The translations under genes and the position numbers were made by a program. A stretch of 64,000 nt of DNA from an uncultured Alphaproteobacteria bacterium (GTDB taxonomy: Bacteria; Pseudomonadota; Alphaproteobacteria; RF32; CAG-239): assembly GCA_934254915.1 (NCBI GenBank), contig CAKQMH010000005.1, positions 23,359 through 87,358 of the forward strand, in the 5' to 3' direction. A model generated the notes under the pieces. It saw only the letters and a list, made by a program, of their open reading frames with translations, had not been told where the DNA came from and made no database searches. This document shows positions 26,954-36,837 of this stretch, one piece after another (position 1 is the first letter of the stretch; each line of letters begins with the position of its first letter).

Positions 26954-27595
26954 TTATTTAAACAGACTGCAACCGCCGCAGGAAGATTTTTCAGACTGCG
27001 GACGAGCCGAGACTTCCGGTTCGGCGTCAAGCTGTTCAACTGCGCGAACGCGAGTAGTTTCCATATACATAGGATCATTTTGAACATTGTAACGATATTT
27101 GACATCAAATGTCCGCTGATTGTAGCGGAACTCCTCCAAGCTGACATCCAAAGCCAAAATAATCTCAAAATCAGGATCATCAGCCGGAATTTTTACTTTG
27201 ACCGCACGACCGTTAAAACTCTTCTCTTTCACATCTGCCGGAATGTTAACCGATGCGCTGTAAGAATGTTTGCCCAAATACTCCGGCGGGCCTTTAATGG
27301 TTTCGGTATAAAAATTGAAATCGACCTGCGTTTCATCAGAATCGCGCAAACGTTGGACTTCAAATTGCGGAGTAATTACGGCATAGTGGCGGTTGGAAGC
27401 TGTTTCGGGATAGCAATACCCCTCATAACCTTTCAGCTCAATCTGAAACTCGTCTTCATAAGTAACCTTTTGCGTAACGTAAGCTTTTTCGCGCGGAATG
27501 GAGACATTGGGACAAATATATCCGTCATAATCCCCCTCAAACCAAGCGCATGAGGCTAACAGCAAGCTAAAAGACAATCCGATTTTTTTGAGCAT
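26954..27595 (-). CDS. Lipoprotein, unknown function, C-terminal CGGC motif
   Basis: RBS AAAGGAGG. Lipobox LLLASC. The protein ends ...EKSSCGGCSLFK. Confidence 0.6.
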   Translation of the reverse strand: MLKKIGLSFSLLLASCAWFEGDYDGYICPNVSIPREKAYVTQKVTYEDEFQIELKGYEGYCYPETASNRHYAVITPQFEVQRLRDSDETQVDFNFYTETIKGPPEYLGKHSYSASVNIPADVKEKSFNGRAVKVKIPADDPDFEIILALDVSLEEFRYNQRTFDVKYRYNVQNDPMYMETTRVRAVEQLDAEPEVSARPQSEKSSCGGCSLFK

Positions 27596-27627
27596 AGTTC
27601 CTCCTTTGAACCTAATATACAAAAGCT

Positions 27628-28767
27628 CTAGCCTTTTGTAAACAGGGCAACGATTTCGCTGTGGTTAGAATAAACAAATTGATCCACAAAAGTTACTTCA
27701 TCCAGATGATAACCGGCAGAAATCAGCGTATCGGCATCATTAACAAAAGTATTGGGATTGCAGGAAACAGCAATAACTTTATGCGGGAAAGCGCTGGTTT
27801 GGGCAGCGGCAGCCAATTGCGCAACCTGAGCGGCAGCACCGGCACGCGGCGGGTCAAACACCACTGCGGCAAAACCTGACAACTCACCGGCATCCAGCGG
27901 ATATTTAAACAAATTGCGACACTTAACCGTAACATTGCTAATCATATTCTTATTTACGGAATCCTGAAAACCGTTCAGCAGTTCCGCTGACGAATCGACA
28001 GCCGTAATTTTACGCGCCGTATCACGGCATAAATGATATGAAAAGGTTCCGACGCCGCAAAATAAATCGGCAATTGCACCCTTGGTATCCCCCAAATAGT
28101 GCATAACCAAAGATGTCAGAGCCTGCTCGCCTTCAAACGACGGCTGCAAAAAAGTTCCGGCCGGAATATAGACATGATAACCGCCGATGTTCACAAACGG
28201 TTTGGATTTTTCAATTAACGGCTCGCAACGGTCAGACGGATTGCGGCGATGTGAAATACGAATGACATCAGCCCATGACTGCGCCATTTCAAAAATGACC
28301 ATACGAGCATTCAAATCAAGCGGCTCGTCATATTCCAAAACGACATCAATACCGCCTTCGGCCTGACACAGCCAAACATCCCCACCCTCGATATAACGCG
28401 TCAACTGCTTTTTGCCTTTTTTAATGACTTGCGGCTGCCGGCATAATTCTTGCAAAAGTGCTCGAATCCGCGGCAAAACAGCGTTAAGCGCCGGAGTTAA
28501 CAGGGCACAATTTTCAATCGGGCAGATTTCCCGACTTTGAGCGACATTAAAACCTAGCACAATCTCGCCTTTGGTACGGCGAAAGGCCAAGCTGGCGCGG
28601 CGGCGTGTGCCGTCGGCAATAAAAATCGGGGTTCCGGTTTTAATATCGGCTTGCTTAATCCGGCTCAACACCTGAGCGAAAAATGCTTGTTTATGCCGGC
28701 GATAATCTTCTTCGCCAAGGTTTCGCAGCGGACAACCGCCGCAAATGTTTTCACAATCACAAGACAT
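27628..28767 (-). CDS. SAM-dependent RNA (uracil-5)-methyltransferase, RlmD/TrmA family (no TRAM domain)
   Basis: N-terminal Fe-S type Cys cluster MSCDCENICGGCPLRN. SAM motif DLFCGVGTF, then DPPRAG and a C-terminal catalytic Cys region VSCNP. The start is set at M70 of the listed ORF, right after the upstream stop. Confidence 0.8.
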   Translation of the reverse strand: MSCDCENICGGCPLRNLGEEDYRRHKQAFFAQVLSRIKQADIKTGTPIFIADGTRRRASLAFRRTKGEIVLGFNVAQSREICPIENCALLTPALNAVLPRIRALLQELCRQPQVIKKGKKQLTRYIEGGDVWLCQAEGGIDVVLEYDEPLDLNARMVIFEMAQSWADVIRISHRRNPSDRCEPLIEKSKPFVNIGGYHVYIPAGTFLQPSFEGEQALTSLVMHYLGDTKGAIADLFCGVGTFSYHLCRDTARKITAVDSSAELLNGFQDSVNKNMISNVTVKCRNLFKYPLDAGELSGFAAVVFDPPRAGAAAQVAQLAAAAQTSAFPHKVIAVSCNPNTFVNDADTLISAGYHLDEVTFVDQFVYSNHSEIVALFTKG

Positions 28768-28774
28768 AAAAAAC

Positions 28775-30460
28775 TTATTCCTCCAACTTTCCACCCTCGA
28801 CACCGTCAAGCAGCGAAATCTCGACATTATCCTCTTTATCAAAAACCGGATGATGATTTTGGCTTTCGTCTTTATGTTCCTTTTGACCTTGCGCAACATA
28901 TGCCTGCCAATCATCAGGAGTGAAGACCTCGACCCGATTACGTCCGTTCTGCTTAGCTTTATACAAAGCTTCATCAGCGGTTTTGATTAAGGTATCAATA
29001 TTATCCGAAACAGCCGAAGACGACACACCGATGCTGACCGTGAACTTAACCGGCTGATTGTCGTCCGAATAAACCACGACTTCCGATATGCTTTCGCGCA
29101 CCCTGTCGGCAACGCCGCGCGCCTGTTCGGCCGGTATTTCGGGCAAAAAGACGACAAATTCTTCCCCGCCGTAGCGAGCAACAATATCTTTGTCGCGTAA
29201 GGCACGTTCGGCCGTGGCTGCCAGCTCAATCAATACCTTATCACCGACTTTGTGGCCGTAAGTATCGTTAACCCGCTTAAAAAGATCGGCATCCAACATC
29301 AAAACACTATATGCCTGATTGGCGGACTTGGCTTTCAAAATCTGCTTATTTACTTCATCTTCAAAATAGCGGCGGTTATACAAAGCCGTTAAAGGATCGC
29401 GCGTGGCTTGATTTTTGAGCAGCACTTCGCGGTTTTTGCGCGAGGTAATATCCTGAAATGCCGAATACAAAACCAAATCATAGTTATAGTCAATAATATT
29501 AGCCGAGGCTAAAAGCCAAAAAGGAGTACCGAGCGTCGGGGAATTTACCAAAATTTCAAAGTCCTGAACCACCCGTTCCTGTTCCAAACGCTCATTAAGC
29601 AGGCGGCGATTATCCGAATCGGCAAAAAAGTCTTTAAAATGGTAACGATCCATTTCATCGGGATTTATGCCGAATAACTTAACGGCATTGCTGTTGGCTA
29701 ATATAATTTTATCATCAACCACGCGTGAAATAATAATCGGGAATGGCGAAGATTTAATAATTTCCTGAAAACGCAGATTATTTTTAGCAACTTCGGTTTC
29801 GCTTTTTTGCAGACTGTCAGCCAGAGCATTCATGCCCATAAGCATAAACGCCACCGCCAATAACGGATAAAAAGCCGCCAATAAGCAAAAAACATTTATA
29901 TCAAAAGTAAACGGAACATCAAAAAGCTTCAACCCGAACCAAACAACCGCCAAAGTACTCCACAATGCCGCAAGGATATAGCCGCCGTTATTTTTCTGGC
30001 GGGTTTCCGACCACAAGCTCAACGCCACGTACGAAAAACCGGCCAACGGAAAGATTTGGCGCATATTATTAACAATGACCCCGTCCGGCAGTAATAATAA
30101 AAAGAATACAATCGCAAACAACCCTAATCCGGCAATGCCAAGTGTGACTATTTTGTCCGGATAATCATGCACCAGAAACTGTGATGCCGACAAACTCATT
30201 AGCAACATGGCGGCCAGACAAAGTAACAGTTCCACCAACATATACAGAGTTATATCACCGCCGGCATTATATATATCGGTAACTTTTACGCCCATATAAT
30301 TAGCGGCAAAATCGAACGCCAAAGCCCAAAACAGCAGCCACAAAGATGAGCTGATTTTGCTTGAACGGCCGACAAAAAGCGTTGCCAAAAACAATACCAG
30401 CAATCCGAACAAAGAAACTGCCTGCCAGCTCTCCGGATTAAAAACATTAAGATTTTCCAT
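28775..30460 (-). CDS. Membrane-anchored PAS-GGDEF diguanylate cyclase
   Basis: About 7-8 N-terminal TM helices, then a PAS-like segment. GGDEF domain with RYGGEEFVVFLP and an RxxD-type I-site region. Confidence 0.85.
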   Translation of the reverse strand: MENLNVFNPESWQAVSLFGLLVLFLATLFVGRSSKISSSLWLLFWALAFDFAANYMGVKVTDIYNAGGDITLYMLVELLLCLAAMLLMSLSASQFLVHDYPDKIVTLGIAGLGLFAIVFFLLLLPDGVIVNNMRQIFPLAGFSYVALSLWSETRQKNNGGYILAALWSTLAVVWFGLKLFDVPFTFDINVFCLLAAFYPLLAVAFMLMGMNALADSLQKSETEVAKNNLRFQEIIKSSPFPIIISRVVDDKIILANSNAVKLFGINPDEMDRYHFKDFFADSDNRRLLNERLEQERVVQDFEILVNSPTLGTPFWLLASANIIDYNYDLVLYSAFQDITSRKNREVLLKNQATRDPLTALYNRRYFEDEVNKQILKAKSANQAYSVLMLDADLFKRVNDTYGHKVGDKVLIELAATAERALRDKDIVARYGGEEFVVFLPEIPAEQARGVADRVRESISEVVVYSDDNQPVKFTVSIGVSSSAVSDNIDTLIKTADEALYKAKQNGRNRVEVFTPDDWQAYVAQGQKEHKDESQNHHPVFDKEDNVEISLLDGVEGGKLEE

Positions 30461-30610
30461 TGCCACTCCTCGTATAAAGCCAATTCGGCATAAGCATAGC
30501 CAAAGATTATTAAAATAAACTAAATTTCAGGCAAATTGAAAAAATTGATGATTATTTAAAAGTTTTAGACTAACATAGAGCTAAAGTTGATTATAAAACG
30601 GGGGATTTTT

Positions 30611-31798
30611 ATGATGATGAACAATATGCCCAATCATTTCAGCCATTGTCTGGAACTGGATCTCGGCCGCAAACCGGCAAGGGTCTCGGATCGAACCAGC
30701 TGGCGGTTTCAACTTCCGGGAATCATTTTCGGAGCGATTTTGTTTTTTATCGGCATCTATGAAGTATGCGGCGGATTTCGCGATTTGCCGGCTGAAATAG
30801 ACAGTTTGTTTGCCATCAATGAGACCAGTGCCAACACACCCCATGCCAGTCCCTTGTTTTTTGATATTGCATTCGTTATCGTCGGACTGGGAATGATTGC
30901 AGCCAGCATCGCTTCTTATATCCGCTACAAAAAAATCATTTTTGACGGCAAAACCGTTACGGTTACTTATCGTCCGGTTTGGGGAGAAAAAACCACCTTT
31001 AAGGAAAGTATTAAAGCTTATCAGGGCGTTCGTTTCAGAATCGAATTTTTCCAATCGGGATTGTTGAACAAAAACAAATATATTGTCGAATTATACCATA
31101 AAGATCCGCGCAAAATTATACCGCTCTATATCTCAACCTCGAGCCATAACGTCCGCAAAATATGGAAAGATTACGCCCGTAAGCTTAATTTACCGACAAT
31201 AGTTAACACGGACAGCGGTATGGTAATGCGAGACATCAAAAATCTTGATAAATCAATCAAAGAGATGGCTGAACTCGGTTATATTGTTGATGATTATGAC
31301 TCTTATGAAAAACTGCCGTCTTCCGTAAGTCTGGCACGGCGCAAAGATAAACTGGTGCTGAAAGCCCGCAAAATTGTATGGGATGTATATAATATGCTGG
31401 CATGGATTGCCATTATTTCGGCCGGCAGCGTACTTGGCATCATCAGCTTAAACCATGAGCAATTGCAGCATAATATTTCGCCTAATACTTTACTGTTTTT
31501 AAGTATTGGGACTTCGATTTTGATTATTGCCGCCATTTTTATTTTGTTCCGCAAAGAAAAAATCGTTATCAAGCGCTACAAGATTGTGAACACGCACAAA
31601 TATATGCTGTTTTCGACCAAACATGACGAGCTGCCCAAAGAGGCGATTGAGGCAATTGAAATAACGGAAAATCCGGCAACCGGACGTTATTTTGTGGCGA
31701 TTATTGCCGAAGATAAAACCATTACCTTCGGGGCAAAGCTGCCGATTGCCGATTTGCGTTGGATAAAAAAGTTTTTAATCCATGAGATTATTAAATAA
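30611..31798 (+). CDS. Membrane protein with two (2-TM + beta-rich, bPH-like) modules
   Basis: It has two hydrophobic hairpins. Each is followed by a KxIxFDGKTVTV / KIVIKRYKIV type segment. The family assignment is tentative. Confidence 0.5.
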   Translation: MMMNNMPNHFSHCLELDLGRKPARVSDRTSWRFQLPGIIFGAILFFIGIYEVCGGFRDLPAEIDSLFAINETSANTPHASPLFFDIAFVIVGLGMIAASIASYIRYKKIIFDGKTVTVTYRPVWGEKTTFKESIKAYQGVRFRIEFFQSGLLNKNKYIVELYHKDPRKIIPLYISTSSHNVRKIWKDYARKLNLPTIVNTDSGMVMRDIKNLDKSIKEMAELGYIVDDYDSYEKLPSSVSLARRKDKLVLKARKIVWDVYNMLAWIAIISAGSVLGIISLNHEQLQHNISPNTLLFLSIGTSILIIAAIFILFRKEKIVIKRYKIVNTHKYMLFSTKHDELPKEAIEAIEITENPATGRYFVAIIAEDKTITFGAKLPIADLRWIKKFLIHEIIK

Positions 31799-31889
31799 GT
31801 TAACGTTGGATGGTGATAAAAAATTCTTTGCTATCTTGTAAGTAATCTTATATATATAGCTAAAGATGTTTTTTGTTGAGGAGATTTTA

Positions 31890-32576
31890 ATGAAAAAATC
31901 AATTGATAAAACCTTAAAAGAAGATGCGTTGCTCAATGAAATTGCAACTGATTTGAAAAATGAACAATTGCAGAACCTGTGGAACAAATACGGATTGTTT
32001 ATCATCATTTTTGTGGCGGCGGCTTTGACTATTGCCGTTTGTTTTGAGTCCATTAAAGCATGGAGCGAAAAACGCGATCAGGAAATGTCCAACGCTTATG
32101 CTGTTGCCGTTTCGCTGCACAGTCAGGGACGCAGTGACGAAAGCCTCAACATTTTACAAACTCTGGCTAACAACCGCCGCGGAGTTTACAGCGATATTGC
32201 CCGCCTGCAAATCGCCAACATTTATATGGAACAAAACAAGACTGATGAAGCCATCAAGATTTGGCAGGCATTAGCCGATGACAGACATTCGGTTGATGAA
32301 ATGCGCGCGATTGCCACCCTGAAACTGGCTTCTGCTAAAATGGACACACAGGCAGCCGGCGATGAAATTAAATCTTTGCTCGAGCCATTAACGCAGGATG
32401 ATAATCAATGGGCTAACAGCGCCCGTGGTTTGTTGGCAGAGCTGGCTATCCGCGACGGTAATTTGGAAGAAGCTCGCCGACAGTATGAGCTTATTATTAA
32501 TGCTCCCAATGTGCCGGACAATCTGAAAAATTTGGCACAGGATATGGTCATCGTTATAGATGAAGACAGCAAATAA
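31890..32576 (+). CDS. YfgM-like TPR membrane protein
   Basis: A single N-terminal TM helix followed by TPR-like repeats. It has the conserved position upstream of bamB-der. RBS GAGGAG. Confidence 0.65.
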   Translation: MKKSIDKTLKEDALLNEIATDLKNEQLQNLWNKYGLFIIIFVAAALTIAVCFESIKAWSEKRDQEMSNAYAVAVSLHSQGRSDESLNILQTLANNRRGVYSDIARLQIANIYMEQNKTDEAIKIWQALADDRHSVDEMRAIATLKLASAKMDTQAAGDEIKSLLEPLTQDDNQWANSARGLLAELAIRDGNLEEARRQYELIINAPNVPDNLKNLAQDMVIVIDEDSK

Positions 32577-32600
32577 TTTTCGCGAAGCGGAGAAAAAACA

Positions 32601-33932
32601 ATGCCTGAGATAAAAGTGCAAAAACTATTAGTGTGTGGTTTGGTTTTGGCGTTGAGCGGTTGCGGATTATTCGGTAAAGAACCGCTGAATATTGACGGAC
32701 GCCGCATCAATGTTATTACCGAAAACAGCGATTTGACGCCTGACTATGCCCTCGGTGAATACAAAATCAAACTTCCAACACCCTATCAAAACAACAAATG
32801 GACGCAAAGCGGCGGAAACGCTATGCACTTAATGGGGCATTTGGGCGCCGGCAACAAGCTGAAAGAATTTTGGGACGAAGATTTCGGTACCGGCAGTTCT
32901 AAGCGAGACTTCTTAATTGCCTCACCGATTGCGGCTTATAAGGTCGTATTTACAATTGATGCCGAAGGAATTGTTTCGGCTCGCCGCTTAGACAACGGCA
33001 AACAAATATGGAAAAAGCGCTTAAAACCGCTCAATCGTGAAGATAAAAGCACGTCAATGAAGGGGGCAGGTTTAGCGGAGTTTAACCAAAAACTTTATGC
33101 CACCACCGGTTTTGGCGGAGTATTTTGTCTGGATATGAAAAGCGGAGAAATCTTATGGCGCAAAGATTTTGAGCTGCCGATAAGAATCGCGCCGACGGTA
33201 AGTGCTTCCCGCTTGTTTGTACAGACCATTGACAACACCTTAACCGCGCTGGATGCCACTAATGGCGAAAAACTGTGGGAAAGCTCGACGGACATTGAAA
33301 ACACAACTTTGGTCGGAGGAGCAAGCGCGGCCTACAATGCCGACATGGATGTTGTGATTGCGGCTTTTTCAAACGGTGAACTGCGGGCGTTTAAGGCCAG
33401 CACCGGAACTCCGCTATGGGCGGATATGCTGATTTCCAAGAAACGCACTAATGCTTTAGCCAACATCACTGCTATAAAAGCTAATCCGGTAATTGACGGC
33501 GATAAAGTTTTTGCAGTTGGCTATAACAGCATTTTAACCGCAATTGATTTGCGCAGCGGTGCGAGAATTTGGGAACGTGAAATCGGCAGCAGCAACCAAC
33601 CATGGGTGGCCGGAAATTATATCTTTGTCTTAAGCAATGATTTTGAGCTGTTGGCTTTGGATAAAAACAACGGCAAAATAATTTGGAATACGACAATTCC
33701 GACCGGTGAAGACTTGGAAAATCGGGATGGCATTTTCGGAACTGGTCCGATTTTGGCCTCAAATCGTTTGCTGGTCGCAACATCCAACGGCTATGTTTTT
33801 GCAGTTTCCCCTTACACCGGCGAGATATTAAGTTATGTTTCGGTTGATGAAGGCGTAGAATTGCCGCCGATTATGGTTGACGGAATTATGCTATTGACAA
33901 CTCGTGATGCTGAGATTGTGGCTTATCAATAA
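32601..33932 (+). CDS. bamB: Outer-membrane protein assembly factor BamB (PQQ-like beta-propeller lipoprotein)
   Basis: Lipobox LALSGC. Repeated W..(D/E)-type blade motifs (ILWRKDF, KLWESS, PLWADM, RIWEREI, IIWNTTI). Synteny with der. Confidence 0.85.
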   Translation: MPEIKVQKLLVCGLVLALSGCGLFGKEPLNIDGRRINVITENSDLTPDYALGEYKIKLPTPYQNNKWTQSGGNAMHLMGHLGAGNKLKEFWDEDFGTGSSKRDFLIASPIAAYKVVFTIDAEGIVSARRLDNGKQIWKKRLKPLNREDKSTSMKGAGLAEFNQKLYATTGFGGVFCLDMKSGEILWRKDFELPIRIAPTVSASRLFVQTIDNTLTALDATNGEKLWESSTDIENTTLVGGASAAYNADMDVVIAAFSNGELRAFKASTGTPLWADMLISKKRTNALANITAIKANPVIDGDKVFAVGYNSILTAIDLRSGARIWEREIGSSNQPWVAGNYIFVLSNDFELLALDKNNGKIIWNTTIPTGEDLENRDGIFGTGPILASNRLLVATSNGYVFAVSPYTGEILSYVSVDEGVELPPIMVDGIMLLTTRDAEIVAYQ

Positions 33933-33944
33933 GGTAGAAAAAAT

Positions 33945-35330
33945 ATGGTACTTAAAATTGCGATTGTCGGACGTCCGAATGTGGGCAAATCGACACTGTT
34001 TAACCGTTTAGTCGGACGCAAGGTAGCAATTGTGCATGACAAACCGGGAGTAACGCGAGACAGACGCGAAGCCGCCGCCAAGCTGCAAGATTTGAAATTG
34101 GCGGTCATTGATACGGCCGGTTATGAATATTCGAATGAAGACAATCTCGAAAAAAGAATGTGGCTGCAGACCGAACGCGCCATAAAAGATGCTGATGTTA
34201 CCGTCTTTATGTATGATGCCCGCGACGGAATTCAGCCTTATGACGAACATTTGGCAGGTTTACTGCGCAAGAGCGGAAAACCGGTGGTTTTGCTGGCAAA
34301 CAAGTGCGAAGGACGTTTGCTGGAAGACAGCGTGCATGAGGCTTATAAACTAGGGCTTGGTACGCCTATTCCTTTTTCGGCCGAACACGGCTTGGGATTG
34401 CAGGATTTGTATGAAGCATTAGCGGCGGAAAACAAAAAGTTGCCGGAGGCAGAAGAAAATAATGAAGCTTTACCGGAAACAGAAAATGGCGAAACGGAAG
34501 AAGAAGCTTATAAAAAACGTCCTATTCAGCTGGCTATTGTCGGACGTCCGAATGTCGGTAAATCAACTTTGGTTAATGCCCTGCTTAATGATGAAAGAAT
34601 GTTAACCGGTCCGGAAGCCGGAGTTACGCGTGATGCAATCAGCAGCGAGTGGAGTTATAAGGGGCGCAAAATCAATCTGGTCGACACGGCCGGATTGCGT
34701 CGACAATCACGTGTTGATGATTCATTGGAAAAAATGTCGGCGGCCAGTACCAAACATGCCGCATTTATGGCGCAAGTCGTAATTTTGGTTTTAGATGCCG
34801 ATGCGGTTTTGGATAAGCAGGATTTAACTATTGCCCGTCAGGTTTTGGATGAAGGGCGAGCCTTGGTTATCGCTATCAATAAATGGGACATTGCCAATCG
34901 GCAAGAAGCGCTGCAACGCCTGAATGACAAATTGCAAACCTCATTAAATCAGGCGGAAGGTGTGCCGACGGTTACGATTTCGGCGCTCAAAAAAGAAAAT
35001 TTGGATAAACTTATGCGCGCGGTATTTAAAGTTTATGACCGTTGGAATGTCAGAATCCCGACCGCACCGCTGAACCAATGGTTTGCAGATATGATTGATA
35101 ATTATCCGCCACCATTAGGCAAAAACAAACGCCGGATTAAATTACGTTATATTACACAGGCTAAGAGCCGGCCGCCGGCATTTTATATTTTTTCCAGCAA
35201 TCCGGAGGGACTGCCTGACGCATATTTGCGTTATTTGGTGCATCAGCTGCGTGAAACTTTTGATTTAGGCGGAATTCCTATCCGTATGACCGTACGTAAG
35301 ACTAAAAATCCTTACGCTGACAAGGCATAG
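33945..35330 (+). CDS. der: Ribosome-biogenesis GTPase Der (EngA)
   Basis: Two G-domains (GRPNVGKSTLFN, GRPNVGKSTLVN, DTAG, NKCE/NKWD) followed by a KH-like C-domain. Confidence 0.93.
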   Translation: MVLKIAIVGRPNVGKSTLFNRLVGRKVAIVHDKPGVTRDRREAAAKLQDLKLAVIDTAGYEYSNEDNLEKRMWLQTERAIKDADVTVFMYDARDGIQPYDEHLAGLLRKSGKPVVLLANKCEGRLLEDSVHEAYKLGLGTPIPFSAEHGLGLQDLYEALAAENKKLPEAEENNEALPETENGETEEEAYKKRPIQLAIVGRPNVGKSTLVNALLNDERMLTGPEAGVTRDAISSEWSYKGRKINLVDTAGLRRQSRVDDSLEKMSAASTKHAAFMAQVVILVLDADAVLDKQDLTIARQVLDEGRALVIAINKWDIANRQEALQRLNDKLQTSLNQAEGVPTVTISALKKENLDKLMRAVFKVYDRWNVRIPTAPLNQWFADMIDNYPPPLGKNKRRIKLRYITQAKSRPPAFYIFSSNPEGLPDAYLRYLVHQLRETFDLGGIPIRMTVRKTKNPYADKA

Positions 35331-35354
35331 TACGGGAACGAAGTAATTTTTTGA

Positions 35355-35954
35355 TTACTGCAAAATATCCATTATCGTGGTGAATAATAAAATCACGGTA
35401 ATGGATATTTGTATTATTCCCAATAACAGAGCAAAGTAATAAAATAATTTACCACAGATTATGAATGGGTACGCAACAAAGTGCTGACGATAAGAAGCCA
35501 ATTTCTTTTGCACATTAACATCATACAAAAACAAAAGCGCAATGAGGCAAATGGCAAAACACGGGCATAGTACCATGATTAACTTGGGGTCATCAAATTC
35601 ATAAAATAAGCACGACCAGGCAATGACGATAATCAGTCCGGCAATATAATTCAATTCGCTGAAATTTTGACACCAAAGCGGGATATTGGGATAGCGGCGA
35701 TGTAATTTATAATCATAAATTAGCAAAGCGACGGTACTTAAACCGCCCATCGCCACATAACCCAACAGCCAATATCCAGAGATGATTTGTGAAGTTAACA
35801 CCAACAACGAAATTGACGACAACAGCAACAGTACGTAAAAAGCCATTTTCATTCCCAACCACGGCAGCTGCTTATGGTAATAAGCAAATATGCGGCTGTA
35901 TAAACATATAAACCCGACCAGCAATGGCACTGTTAAATAATAACTCATCGTCAT
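35355..35954 (-). CDS. Polytopic membrane protein, tandem paralogue A (199 aa)
   Basis: RBS GGGAG. The first 103 aa are about 90% identical to the upstream paralogue B. Confidence 0.6.
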   Translation of the reverse strand: MTMSYYLTVPLLVGFICLYSRIFAYYHKQLPWLGMKMAFYVLLLLSSISLLVLTSQIISGYWLLGYVAMGGLSTVALLIYDYKLHRRYPNIPLWCQNFSELNYIAGLIIVIAWSCLFYEFDDPKLIMVLCPCFAICLIALLFLYDVNVQKKLASYRQHFVAYPFIICGKLFYYFALLLGIIQISITVILLFTTIMDILQ

Positions 35955-35970
35955 TTATTTAATTCTCCCT
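35646..35970. repeat. Direct repeat copy 1 (5' third of paralogue A plus its RBS region)
   Basis: Near-identical nucleotide run to 36392-36716. For example TAAGCAAATATGCGGCTGTATAAACATATAAACCCGACCAGCAATGG and CTCATCGTCATTTATTTAATTC occur in both. Confidence 0.8.
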
Positions 35971-35971
35971 T

Positions 35972-36700
35972 TTATCTGATATAGCAGACTCGTTGGCTGT
36001 TATCCCAAATATAATTATGTTTTTGACAATATTCATAATCAATCACACAAGGCTTGCCGTCACCACAATCATCAAAAACAAAACCTTCTTTGCAGATACC
36101 ATCTGCTATGCAATTACCTGCGTCATCAAAGCTCATAAATAATGCCAGAGAAAGAACGACAAGTAATACAATCTCAAACAATAAAACCATAAAGTAAAAT
36201 ATTTTACCAATGATAATATAGACACGATATCCTAAATTATTTTGTTCGGAACAAAACATTTTGTGCTGTGAATAGGCTCGAGCCAAATACAAAACCATAA
36301 AAGCAATGGCTAATATGATTATATTTATAACGATGGTATGACTTACTCCTAAAATCCAAGCAAAGATACCGAGGAAAAGGATAATGAACAGATAATTTAA
36401 TTCGCTGAAATTTTGACACCAAAGCGGGATATCAGGAAAGCGGCGATGTAATTTATAATCATAAATCAGCAAAATAACAGTGCTTAAACCACCCATCGCC
36501 ACATAGCCAAATAGCCAATAATCAGGGATGATTTGCGAGGTTAACACCAACAACGAAATTGACGACAACAGCAACAGGACGTAAAAAGTAATTTTCATCC
36601 CCAACCATGGCAGCTGCTTATGATAATAAGCAAATATGCGGCTGTATAAACATATAAACCCGACCAGCAATGGTACAGCCCAATAATAACTCATCGTCAT
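35972..36700 (-). CDS. Polytopic membrane protein, tandem paralogue B (242 aa) with 6-Cys C-terminal tail
   Basis: RBS AAGGA. Tail sequence NCIADGICKEGFVFDDCGDGKPCVIDYEYCQKHNYIWDNSQRVCYIR. Confidence 0.6.
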   Translation of the reverse strand: MTMSYYWAVPLLVGFICLYSRIFAYYHKQLPWLGMKITFYVLLLLSSISLLVLTSQIIPDYWLFGYVAMGGLSTVILLIYDYKLHRRFPDIPLWCQNFSELNYLFIILFLGIFAWILGVSHTIVINIIILAIAFMVLYLARAYSQHKMFCSEQNNLGYRVYIIIGKIFYFMVLLFEIVLLVVLSLALFMSFDDAGNCIADGICKEGFVFDDCGDGKPCVIDYEYCQKHNYIWDNSQRVCYIR

Positions 36701-36716
36701 TTATTTAATTCCTTGA
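36392..36716. repeat. Direct repeat copy 2 (5' third of paralogue B plus its RBS region)
   Basis: See copy 1. Confidence 0.8.
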
Positions 36717-36837
36717 TGTTTACACCTAACAGTAGGTTATATTATATTTTATCATATTACAAGCAGAATCATAAATTTCATAATTCTTGCCAAGCGGATA
36801 AATATATGCTAAAAATTGGAGTCTAAATTTTATCATT

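Noticed and set aside
26777-27553. 258-aa + strand ORF
   Set aside because: It is antisense to the tkt start and the lipoprotein gene. The minus-strand genes have clear RBS/lipobox and homology evidence.
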